The notes below the pieces were generated by a model. It was not told the origin of the DNA, made no database searches, and saw nothing but the letters and a program-made list of their open reading frames with translations. A program made the translations under genes and the position numbers. Positions 55,924 through 64,000 of a DNA stretch of 64,000 nt are shown one piece after another (the first letter of the stretch is position 1; every line of letters starts with the position of its first letter). The DNA comes from a virus. Location: the IMG/VR virus record IMGVR_UViG_3300020469_003811, positions 3,795 to 67,794 of that record; one strand, 5' to 3'.

Positions 55924-58806
55924 ATGCCAGGTAAAGGAATTGGATTTAATCCTCTAAAAAATAAAATTTTAGATACAAAAAAAGCATTTAGCGAATCTGT
56001 TGATGTAACTGACATAAAAAATTTTGTAGGATCTGACAGTTTAAAAAATTTAGATCTAAACAAAACCGAGTTGTTAACAAATGATCTAGCTTCTACAATG
56101 ATTAATACCAAACCTATGAATTTTAAACATAGTGCCGCAATAAAAAATAAAGTAAATTCTTTAAAATCACATATGGATCAAGACATAGTTCCAGTAGTGT
56201 CAGATGGAATAGAAGCCGCCAAATCAAGTGCATTTAAAACGTTTGAAAATTTTAAAAATAAAAGTAGTAGCTCAGTAGAAGATAAAATTACAAGTGTTAC
56301 AGCTGATGACGGATTTACTCCTGCTAATTTATTAAAATCAGGTGATGCTGTTGCAACAGAGCAAAGTGCTACAGCCGATGATGGCTTTGTTAATGATCAA
56401 GAAAAAACTACACACGACGAAGAATCAGAAGAGGAAATGAATGAAAGACTTTATGAAGGCTCCGGTGTTGATTACAAATTTAAAAACGTAGTGCCAAACC
56501 CTGTACATGAATACGAACATTACACATATGACATCACACTAGCTATAGCTGATTTAAAACTTACCAAAAAATGGCTAGACGCAGAAGCAACAACCAAAGC
56601 AGGTAGTTTAAAAACCAAAGAGCCCGATACAGATTTAAGTAAAATTTCTGAATCAGATCCAAACAGCTTTGATAGTTCTTGGTTTAATTATGGTAAAGAT
56701 GAACAAACTACATTTATAGTACTTGCCAAATCTGGACAAACAAATACACAGGTTACCAATCTTAGTATGAAAAGTATTATTGGTCCCACGCAAGAAACAG
56801 GAATGGGAAATACTACTAATTTTAACTTTGAAATTACTCAACCATTGGGGGCTAGTTTTGTTAAAGATCTGTACAAAGCATCAAAGATACTAGGTATCGA
56901 AGAATATAAAGTACATCCTTTTTTTATACAAGTATATCTAAAAGGTAGAAAACAAGATGGCAGTATTGGCGACGACGTAGAGATTCCAGGCACAAGACGT
57001 GTGTATGCTATGATGATTAACAATATAACTTATAGTGTTAACAGTGGTGGATCAGTATATTCTGTGCAAGGTGTACGTGCTGGAGATTTAGGGTTAGCAG
57101 ATGATCACCAATTAGTACAAGATATTGAGATTAGTGATATTGTAACATTCGAAGATTTCCGTAAAGGATTTGAAGTTGCATTAAACAAACAAGAACAACA
57201 TCATTTAGGTGTTACAAAATATATTTTAGATCAATATGAGGTTGAAGTTGAATGTGAAAATCCTAGTGAAACAAAAGATATAAAATCATCTCCAATTATC
57301 TCAGATCTAGAAATGATTAGTAACGTTGACTTAAAAAACCAAAAACTTCGTTCAGTTAGTAACTACGATGCTAGTATCAAAGAAATTATTACCAAACACG
57401 TGTCAAGGACAGAATTTTTTCAAAAGAAATTAAAAGGTTTCAAAGAAAAAGTAATTGATGCAACAGCCGGCGACGAGGATGCTAAGAAAAAATGGGATGA
57501 TATAGATATGACAAAAAAACTTATCATTATCAAACCATATGCTGTGCCATTTCAGTGGGATCCGTTGAGACAAGATTATGCTAGAAAATTAAAGTATGTC
57601 ATTAGAATCAAAAATGTAATGACAAAACTAGCTATCAAAGAAGAACTATTGGCACCAAAAGAATATAATCAAAAAAGAGTAAAAACAATGGAAGAGAGAA
57701 AAGTGTTAACTAAACACTACAAGTATCATTTCACTGGTGAAAACTTAGATGTATTAAATTTTGATATTCAATATAATTTTCAATATGTTTATCCATATGA
57801 TTCTTTGCAAGGACTATACAACAAGTATCCAAGCCACTTTAGATTATCCAAAGAAGATAGAGAATTTATTAATACCAGAAATAAATTAAAAGAAACAATG
57901 GACAACTCAGCCACCAAATGGAACGCCTCTACCAAAGATGGAAAAGTAGATCGTGCCGAAGAACATGATTTATTAGTATCCAGAAGACTATTTTTAGAAA
58001 ACTATTTGGCAAAAGTTCAATCAGGCGAAGTTGAACCTGATTCAAATACAGCAGAAGCATTTCAAAAGTTAGCAGATCAATATAATAATGATACTGCAAA
58101 GGTAAACGAAAAATGGAATTATGGTAACCCCAATATTCCACCAGCCGCAAGAATGGTTGCATTAAAAACTCTTGACGTTTCCAGTTTTGAGTCTAGTATA
58201 AAATCTTCAAAATTAAATGAAAAATCCGAAAGTCAATTAAAAGGTCGGAAAATTGCAGAAACAATCAGTGACGCAGAATGGTTAAAATATGCAAACAGAT
58301 ATCAAGGTGATAGAGCCAAAGCATTTAACATTCAATTTTATGATAGAAAAATTATATCAGACGGTGTTGATGTTGGATCAGAAGCAGGTGGCGAATACAT
58401 GGCTTTGTTGGAAAATTCAAAAGCTGGTCCTGTTGAAATGATGAATATCAGTATGGAAATCATAGGAGATCCTTATTGGCTAGAAGATGCATTTGGACAA
58501 GCTGATAAAAAAGGCTCTGTTGACGATACAATGGTTGACTATTCCAAAGAAACTGCTGTATTATTTACAAGTCTTGCTCCAGCTGAACCAGATCCAGAAA
58601 CAGGATTCTTAAAAGCAGGTTCGGAAAGAGCAGATGAATTTATACAAGGAATATATGTTCCATATGAAGTTGAAAGTACATTTAACAATGGACAGTTTAC
58701 ACAAAGAGTACAAATGATTAGAGACCCACTAACAAATATTGAAGACTTAAAAATAAGATCAGAAAATGATTATGCAGAAGTTAAAGAAAATGCGAGGAAC
58801 AAATAA
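55924..58806 (+). CDS. large baseplate hub protein (gp27-like)
   Basis: I.QP.G..F, IIGDPYWL, GIY...VES.F.NGQFTQ.V; between gp53 and gp5. Confidence 0.6.
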   Translation: MPGKGIGFNPLKNKILDTKKAFSESVDVTDIKNFVGSDSLKNLDLNKTELLTNDLASTMINTKPMNFKHSAAIKNKVNSLKSHMDQDIVPVVSDGIEAAKSSAFKTFENFKNKSSSSVEDKITSVTADDGFTPANLLKSGDAVATEQSATADDGFVNDQEKTTHDEESEEEMNERLYEGSGVDYKFKNVVPNPVHEYEHYTYDITLAIADLKLTKKWLDAEATTKAGSLKTKEPDTDLSKISESDPNSFDSSWFNYGKDEQTTFIVLAKSGQTNTQVTNLSMKSIIGPTQETGMGNTTNFNFEITQPLGASFVKDLYKASKILGIEEYKVHPFFIQVYLKGRKQDGSIGDDVEIPGTRRVYAMMINNITYSVNSGGSVYSVQGVRAGDLGLADDHQLVQDIEISDIVTFEDFRKGFEVALNKQEQHHLGVTKYILDQYEVEVECENPSETKDIKSSPIISDLEMISNVDLKNQKLRSVSNYDASIKEIITKHVSRTEFFQKKLKGFKEKVIDATAGDEDAKKKWDDIDMTKKLIIIKPYAVPFQWDPLRQDYARKLKYVIRIKNVMTKLAIKEELLAPKEYNQKRVKTMEERKVLTKHYKYHFTGENLDVLNFDIQYNFQYVYPYDSLQGLYNKYPSHFRLSKEDREFINTRNKLKETMDNSATKWNASTKDGKVDRAEEHDLLVSRRLFLENYLAKVQSGEVEPDSNTAEAFQKLADQYNNDTAKVNEKWNYGNPNIPPAARMVALKTLDVSSFESSIKSSKLNEKSESQLKGRKIAETISDAEWLKYANRYQGDRAKAFNIQFYDRKIISDGVDVGSEAGGEYMALLENSKAGPVEMMNISMEIIGDPYWLEDAFGQADKKGSVDDTMVDYSKETAVLFTSLAPAEPDPETGFLKAGSERADEFIQGIYVPYEVESTFNNGQFTQRVQMIRDPLTNIEDLKIRSENDYAEVKENARNK

Positions 58807-60227
58807 TGGCAAGTAAGTCAGATTCGTTTGCAAAAAGTTTTATAAAACGACAAACAGGAAATTCTAAAAGCACACAATACAACACCATTCAATTAGCAGA
58901 AGTAATGGAAAATGTTGATGGTGCTAAAATGGGAAGATTACGTGTACACTTGTTGGGTTCACAAACTCCGTCAACTGATAAAAATACTTGGAAAACAGTA
59001 CAATGGGTATCTCCATTTGCGGGTGCCAGTACTCCAAGCACAATGTTAGCAGGTGGTGACGCAGAAAACACATACCAAGGAACACAAGATGCTTACGGAA
59101 TGTGGATGATTCCACCCGATGTTGGTAATATTGTTGCAGTTGCTTTTGTTAATGGCCAAGATGCTATGGGTTTATGTTTAGGTTGTTTATATCAACCAGG
59201 TGTTAACCATATGATTCCTGGTATTGCAAAAGGTACAACATTTAGTGACAATGACGATGCACCAATTGTTCCAGTTTCAGAAGTTAATAGAAGATCTGTA
59301 GAAGCTCAAAATTTAGATGTGTTTGATGATTCTACAACAGGTCCAAAAGACAAAGTAAAAAGAGCAACACATACTCCAATGTATAATTCTTTAACCACAC
59401 AAGGTTTAGAAAATGACAACATTAGAGGATTAACAGATTCATCAGCTAGAAGAGAATCTCCATCAAAAGTATTTGGATTTTTAACACCAGGTGGTCATCA
59501 GTTTGTAATGGATGACGTGAGTCAAAAATATATTAGACTTAGAACAATAGGCGGTGCTCAATTATTGTTAGATGATTCACATAGTGTGGTTTATGTGATT
59601 AACAGCAAAGGCACAGGTTGGGTAGAAATTACTGAATCAGGAAAAATAGAAGTGTTTGGTGCAGACTCAATATCAATGAGATCAGAAAAAGACATCAACA
59701 TAAGAGCTGACAGAGATATTAATATTGAATCTGGTAGACACACAAATATCAAAGCCAACAACACATTGGATAAAAAAGATGATGAGTTTACACAACCAAT
59801 CTCAACAAGAAACTTAGGAGATATCAAAGGTAATGTACATATACATAGTGCTGGTAATTTTAAAGTAACTGGTGGTAGTGGTATTGATTTAAGCACAACA
59901 ACATTTAATTCATTTTCTACTTTAGCACAAAAATTTACAACAGACGGTGAATCTCATATTAACGCAGGAACGTTCCATCATGAAACTGCTCCTAAGATAC
60001 ACATGAACGGACCAATAGCATTGAAGGCCACAGAAGTTGCTGGCATATCCTTCCAAACAGATGCTGATGGCAATTTACTTTATACAAATATATTATCAGA
60101 AAGAACTGGAGAATCATTAAACAGTCCAAAATCTACAGAAGCTAAACGTGGATCAATATTGACTAGATTTATAACAAGAGAGCCTTATCCAGATCACGAA
60201 CAATCTAATTTAGAAAATCAATCATAA
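58806..60227 (+). CDS. baseplate central spike protein (T4 gp5/VgrG-like), no lysozyme domain
   Basis: D..MGRLRV OB-fold, YGMWMIPPD.G..V.V.F, TPGGH.F.MDD, beta-helix repeats, IHMNGP. Confidence 0.8.
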   Translation: MASKSDSFAKSFIKRQTGNSKSTQYNTIQLAEVMENVDGAKMGRLRVHLLGSQTPSTDKNTWKTVQWVSPFAGASTPSTMLAGGDAENTYQGTQDAYGMWMIPPDVGNIVAVAFVNGQDAMGLCLGCLYQPGVNHMIPGIAKGTTFSDNDDAPIVPVSEVNRRSVEAQNLDVFDDSTTGPKDKVKRATHTPMYNSLTTQGLENDNIRGLTDSSARRESPSKVFGFLTPGGHQFVMDDVSQKYIRLRTIGGAQLLLDDSHSVVYVINSKGTGWVEITESGKIEVFGADSISMRSEKDINIRADRDINIESGRHTNIKANNTLDKKDDEFTQPISTRNLGDIKGNVHIHSAGNFKVTGGSGIDLSTTTFNSFSTLAQKFTTDGESHINAGTFHHETAPKIHMNGPIALKATEVAGISFQTDADGNLLYTNILSERTGESLNSPKSTEAKRGSILTRFITREPYPDHEQSNLENQS

Positions 60228-60235
60228 AAAGTCAC

Positions 60236-60264
60236 AAAAAAAGGGCGATAGTTTCCTACCGCCC
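60236..60264 (-). terminator. Rho-independent terminator
   Basis: GGGCGGTAG-GAAA-CTATCGCCC-TTTTTTT. Confidence 0.85.
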
Positions 60265-60297
60265 AATAATTGCAATTAATTTTAAAATTAATTAGTA

Positions 60298-60612
60298 TTA
60301 CGCCGCTTTGTTAATCAAAGTCTTACCACTTGTTGATAGTAAGTTGATTAAAGCTGATTTCGTTGCCATTGCTGTTTGCAATGATCCTGTAGAGATTACT
60401 CTAACATTGAAATCATAACCTTTTGACACTAGAGCAGACGTTGGTGTCGCTCTTTTCATGTTAAGGTTTTTGTACTTAATAACACCACCGTTTACTTCGC
60501 CGTTGTTATCAATTGCGTTTTTGGCTTCTTCTACGAATACGCCAACTTTATTTTTAACGTTGCCTTTTACAAACTCTCTTGTATATACAACGTATTGTTT
60601 AGTTCTAGCCAT
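60298..60612 (-). CDS. early hypothetical protein (start revised to 60612)
   Basis: GGAGG SD before MARTKQY; own promoter and terminator. Confidence 0.65.
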   Translation of the reverse strand: MARTKQYVVYTREFVKGNVKNKVGVFVEEAKNAIDNNGEVNGGVIKYKNLNMKRATPTSALVSKGYDFNVRVISTGSLQTAMATKSALINLLSTSGKTLINKAA

Positions 60613-60666
60613 CTTTGTTTTCCCTCCTAACAGGTTTTTTAAGATTAAATTAAACATAACAAATAC

Positions 60667-60695
60667 ACTATAGCATTAGAATACAACTATGTCAA
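60667..60695 (-). promoter_or_regulatory. strong sigma70-type promoter
   Basis: TTGACA-17 bp-(TGC)TATAGT with AT-rich upstream region. Confidence 0.75.
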
Positions 60696-60724
60696 GCATT
60701 TTTTTTGGATTTTGGAAAATTATT

Positions 60725-61024
60725 TTAATAAGTCTCAGGATCTTCAGGATCATATTGGGTAACATGGTTGGATTTATCCAATTTTATTCCAACTTTTTTA
60801 TAAACAATTTCTGGATTGGTTTGTAATTCGTAAGTTAGGTTGTCCAATGCACTTTCAATTTCATCATACACCACTTCAGCAGTATGGTCATTTAGCTCAA
60901 CACCAATATTTCGTAATCTGGCATGATACATTTCACTGATTATTTCAATAAGGTGAATTCCTTTTTCACGATTCATGTACCACCAGTCTTTGCCAGAGGC
61001 AAAGTTCTTTAATTCGTTACTCAT
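60725..61024 (-). CDS. hypothetical protein
   Basis: 99-aa ORF downstream of clpP. Confidence 0.55.
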   Translation of the reverse strand: MSNELKNFASGKDWWYMNREKGIHLIEIISEMYHARLRNIGVELNDHTAEVVYDEIESALDNLTYELQTNPEIVYKKVGIKLDKSNHVTQYDPEDPETY

Positions 61025-61028
61025 GTTA

Positions 61029-61589
61029 TTATAATATATGATCAGCTATGCCAAGGTCAATCAATTGTTTTGCCGTAAAGTATTGATCACTAGGCGAATC
61101 TAATTTTTTCTTAACAGAAGCCATTGTTTTTCCAGTTGCTTCTTTTAATATTCTAAAACATCTCTCTTCACAATTATGGTTTTCTTGCATTTGAGATTTC
61201 ATATCATGCATTTTAGATTCCATTGCATCTGAATGCTGATGATTCATGATACCAGTATTTTGTCCAATATATCTTTCGCCATGTTTACCACAAGCAAATA
61301 TTAAAAAAGCGGCACTCATTACAGCACCAACTCCGATAGTACTAATGTTGTGATAGCTGTCTCTCATGACATCAATCAACGCAAACGACTCGTATAGATC
61401 ACCACCTGTTGAGTTGATATACAACTTTAAAGTACGTTTTGGTTTTTTATTTAGGTTAGCAGTCACTATCCATTTGATAGCACGAGCTATATTCTCTTCG
61501 CCAATTTCGCCTGATAGATAATGAATATCGTTATCAAGTAGCAACGACTCAATTTTATCATCAGCACTAAAATTTTCAAATTTCTTCAT
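61029..61589 (-). CDS. clpP: ClpP-like protease proteolytic subunit
   Basis: LYINSTGG, G.VMSAA (Ser), MNHQ (His), DQYFTA (Asp), GIADHI. Confidence 0.85.
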   Translation of the reverse strand: MKKFENFSADDKIESLLLDNDIHYLSGEIGEENIARAIKWIVTANLNKKPKRTLKLYINSTGGDLYESFALIDVMRDSYHNISTIGVGAVMSAAFLIFACGKHGERYIGQNTGIMNHQHSDAMESKMHDMKSQMQENHNCEERCFRILKEATGKTMASVKKKLDSPSDQYFTAKQLIDLGIADHIL

Positions 61590-61715
61590 TAATTGTTGCC
61601 TATTATTGATTGTATTAAATATATTTATAATAATTTAGTTGGGCTAATTTGGCCTAATATTAGGATAATTAAAGTAGTATATAATAATGTCTATAAATAT
61701 CAATAAGGATACATA

Positions 61716-62144
61716 ATGGCAACAACATATTCAACATCAACTGCTAATAACACTTCTGCTACTGTGGCAGAATCTCGTGTCTCTAGTAGAGTTTACAGAG
61801 GATTTTCATCAGTAGCAGGGGTAAAATCTAATCAATTATATGATGTTGATTTGATCAAACAAGATTTAATTAATCATTTTTACACTAGAAAAGGTGAAAG
61901 AGTGATGGATCCGGAATTTGGTTCGATAATATGGGATTTACTTTATGAGCCAATTGATGAAAGTACTAAGGAAGATCTAGTTGAAGATTGCAAAACTATA
62001 ATTGCATCAGATCCAAGAGTACAATTAATAGATTTAATTTTAGACGATGTTGGAAATGGTATAAGAGTAGACATACAATTGAATGTGTTACCCTTCAACC
62101 AACAGGCGTCAATGCAAGTTAACTTTGAAAGAGAAACATTATAA
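61716..62144 (+). CDS. gp25: baseplate wedge protein (T4 gp25-like)
   Basis: LIKQDL.NHF.TRKGERVM.PEFGS..WD.L.EP, DPRV. Confidence 0.88.
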   Translation: MATTYSTSTANNTSATVAESRVSSRVYRGFSSVAGVKSNQLYDVDLIKQDLINHFYTRKGERVMDPEFGSIIWDLLYEPIDESTKEDLVEDCKTIIASDPRVQLIDLILDDVGNGIRVDIQLNVLPFNQQASMQVNFERETL

Positions 62145-64000
62145 TGAGTCAAATAATTAGACAGAACAATTTATTCTCAGCAGAAGATTGGAAAACAATT
62201 TATAGAAGTTTCTCTCAGGCAAACTTCACAGCATATGATTTTGATACTATCAGATCAGCTATGCTCAATTACATTCAAGTAAACTATCCAGAAGATTTCA
62301 ATGACTATATTCAATCAAGTGAATTTATTGCAATAATAGATTTATTATCTTACTTGGGTCAGTCACTTGCATTTAGAACTGACTTAAATGCTAGAGAAAA
62401 CTTTTTAGATACAGCTGAAAGAAGAGATTCAATTATTAGATTAGCAAAACTAATCAATTACAAAACTAGAAGAAACACTCCAGCAAGAGGTTTATTAAAA
62501 ATTACAAAAATTAGAACTACTGAACCAATTACAGATTCGGATGGTGCTGATCTTTCTAACACAAATGTTGTATGGAATGATCCTAACAATGCAAACTGGT
62601 ATGACCAATGGTTAACAGTTTGTAATGCATTGTTCAACACCACAAACCAATTTGGTAATCCAACCAAATCTGCAACAGTGGGTTCAGTGGCAAGTGAAAT
62701 TTATGCAACGTCATCAACAAGTGATCAAAGTGTTGTTAAAAATATGCAAACTTCTATCGATGGAGTATCGACGTCAATTGATATTGTAAAAGCAGATATC
62801 CATCCAGATAATTATTTTTATGAAAAAGCACCGGATGCCTCTGAAGCATTTAATCTAATTTATAGAAATGATAATCAAGGATTTGGTTCTGTTAACACAG
62901 GATTCTTTGTATATTTTAAAGAAGGAACGTTACAGTATCAAGATCATGAATTTGTAAATCCGTTACCAAACAGACAAGTTGATATTGATGTTAGTGATAT
63001 TAACGACATAGATGTATGGGTACAAAAAGTAGGAACAATGGGGACACCATTAGAAAAATGGACATCAGTTCCATCACTCAATGGACAAAATACAATTTAT
63101 AATTCATTAGCTCTAGCAACTAGAAACATATACACAGTTAATTCTAGAAACAATGATAATGTTACAGTACAATTCAGTGATGGTAACTTTGGTAATTCAC
63201 CAAAAGGAACTTTTAGAATTTACTTTAGAAAATCATCTGGTAAAGGACAAGTACTAAAAGCAAACAGAATTCAAAATGAAGAAGTTTCTTTTAACTATCA
63301 AAATTCAGCTGGACAAACATTTACAGCAACAATGTCTTTGACATTGAATTATACTGTTGATAATTCATCAGCTACAGAAACAAATACAGCAATTAAAAAT
63401 AATGCACCGCAGGCGTTTTACTCACAGGATAGAATGGTTAATGCTGAAGATTACAGTATATTTCCTTTAACACAAAGTACAACGATCCAAAAAATTAAAG
63501 CTATGAACAGAACACACATTGGTCATTCACGATATTTAGATGTAAATGATCCAACTGGTACTGTTAAAAGTGTAAACGTAGTGGGCGAAGATGCCATAGT
63601 GTACAAGTCACCGGACTTTACATTAACAACTGAAGAAGTCACCGGCACAGTAGTTGACACTTCTAGTTACAGCTATATTATACAAAACAAATTAGCACCG
63701 TTATTGAAAAAAATACAATTACAAAATTTTTATTTTGATGATTACAAGAAATCAGTTGAAACACATCATGATTCAGATCAATTTGAGATGGATCTAACAT
63801 CAGTGAACAGAGTATTATGGAAACCTTATCCTACATCAGGTGAGAGCGAAACTGGATACTTTTACATTGGTGGTAATGATGCGCCTTCACAAGCAATTAC
63901 AGTTTACAATAATCCAAACAGTTCGGATGAAAAACTTGGTCTAATTAGACCAGGTACAAAATTAGAATTTGTTAATGATTATTCATCGCCTACTACTATT
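62144..64000 (+). CDS. gp6: baseplate wedge protein (T4 gp6-like), partial
   Basis: MSQIIRQNNLF...YDFDTIR...YPEDFNDYIQSSE...ENFLDTAERRDS..RLAK; FSDGNFG; QDRMVNAEDY; open to window end. Confidence 0.88.
   Translation, partial: MSQIIRQNNLFSAEDWKTIYRSFSQANFTAYDFDTIRSAMLNYIQVNYPEDFNDYIQSSEFIAIIDLLSYLGQSLAFRTDLNARENFLDTAERRDSIIRLAKLINYKTRRNTPARGLLKITKIRTTEPITDSDGADLSNTNVVWNDPNNANWYDQWLTVCNALFNTTNQFGNPTKSATVGSVASEIYATSSTSDQSVVKNMQTSIDGVSTSIDIVKADIHPDNYFYEKAPDASEAFNLIYRNDNQGFGSVNTGFFVYFKEGTLQYQDHEFVNPLPNRQVDIDVSDINDIDVWVQKVGTMGTPLEKWTSVPSLNGQNTIYNSLALATRNIYTVNSRNNDNVTVQFSDGNFGNSPKGTFRIYFRKSSGKGQVLKANRIQNEEVSFNYQNSAGQTFTATMSLTLNYTVDNSSATETNTAIKNNAPQAFYSQDRMVNAEDYSIFPLTQSTTIQKIKAMNRTHIGHSRYLDVNDPTGTVKSVNVVGEDAIVYKSPDFTLTTEEVTGTVVDTSSYSYIIQNKLAPLLKKIQLQNFYFDDYKKSVETHHDSDQFEMDLTSVNRVLWKPYPTSGESETGYFYIGGNDAPSQAITVYNNPNSSDEKLGLIRPGTKLEFVNDYSSPTTI

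Noticed and set aside
1-64000. Stop-codon recoding
   Set aside because: Core genes are full length in the standard code, and TAA, TAG and TGA all end genes cleanly

Overview
AT-rich 64-kb segment of a large, probably marine, myophage with T4-like core genes. The host is probably an alphaproteobacterium (inference from DUF1178, the L11 sequence and a marine-type class II cobalamin riboswitch). It carries recombination/replication genes (uvsW, uvsY, uvsX, gp32, gp46/47, late sigma gp55), packaging genes (TerL, probable TerS, gp4), head genes (portal, core proteins, protease, MCP), neck, tail and baseplate genes, and host-like accessory genes: a riboswitch-controlled B12-uptake pair, ribosomal protein L11, APRT, ClpP, radical SAM enzymes and 2OG-Fe(II) hydroxylases. 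The most notable hidden signals are four. (1) An ORF-poor, structured ~490-nt transcription unit (45.66-46.15 kb) whose 5' end shares a 16-nt exact match with the tandem-repeat leader of the gp32 SSB gene. (2) A bipartite TGTATG-repeat + GC-box element present twice, once intergenic (14.7 kb) and once written into the gp46 coding sequence (51.8 kb). (3) Two candidate -1 frameshifts. (4) Systematic TAAATA-N5-ATG leaderless late genes. All product calls come from motif recognition by eye; no database search was run.
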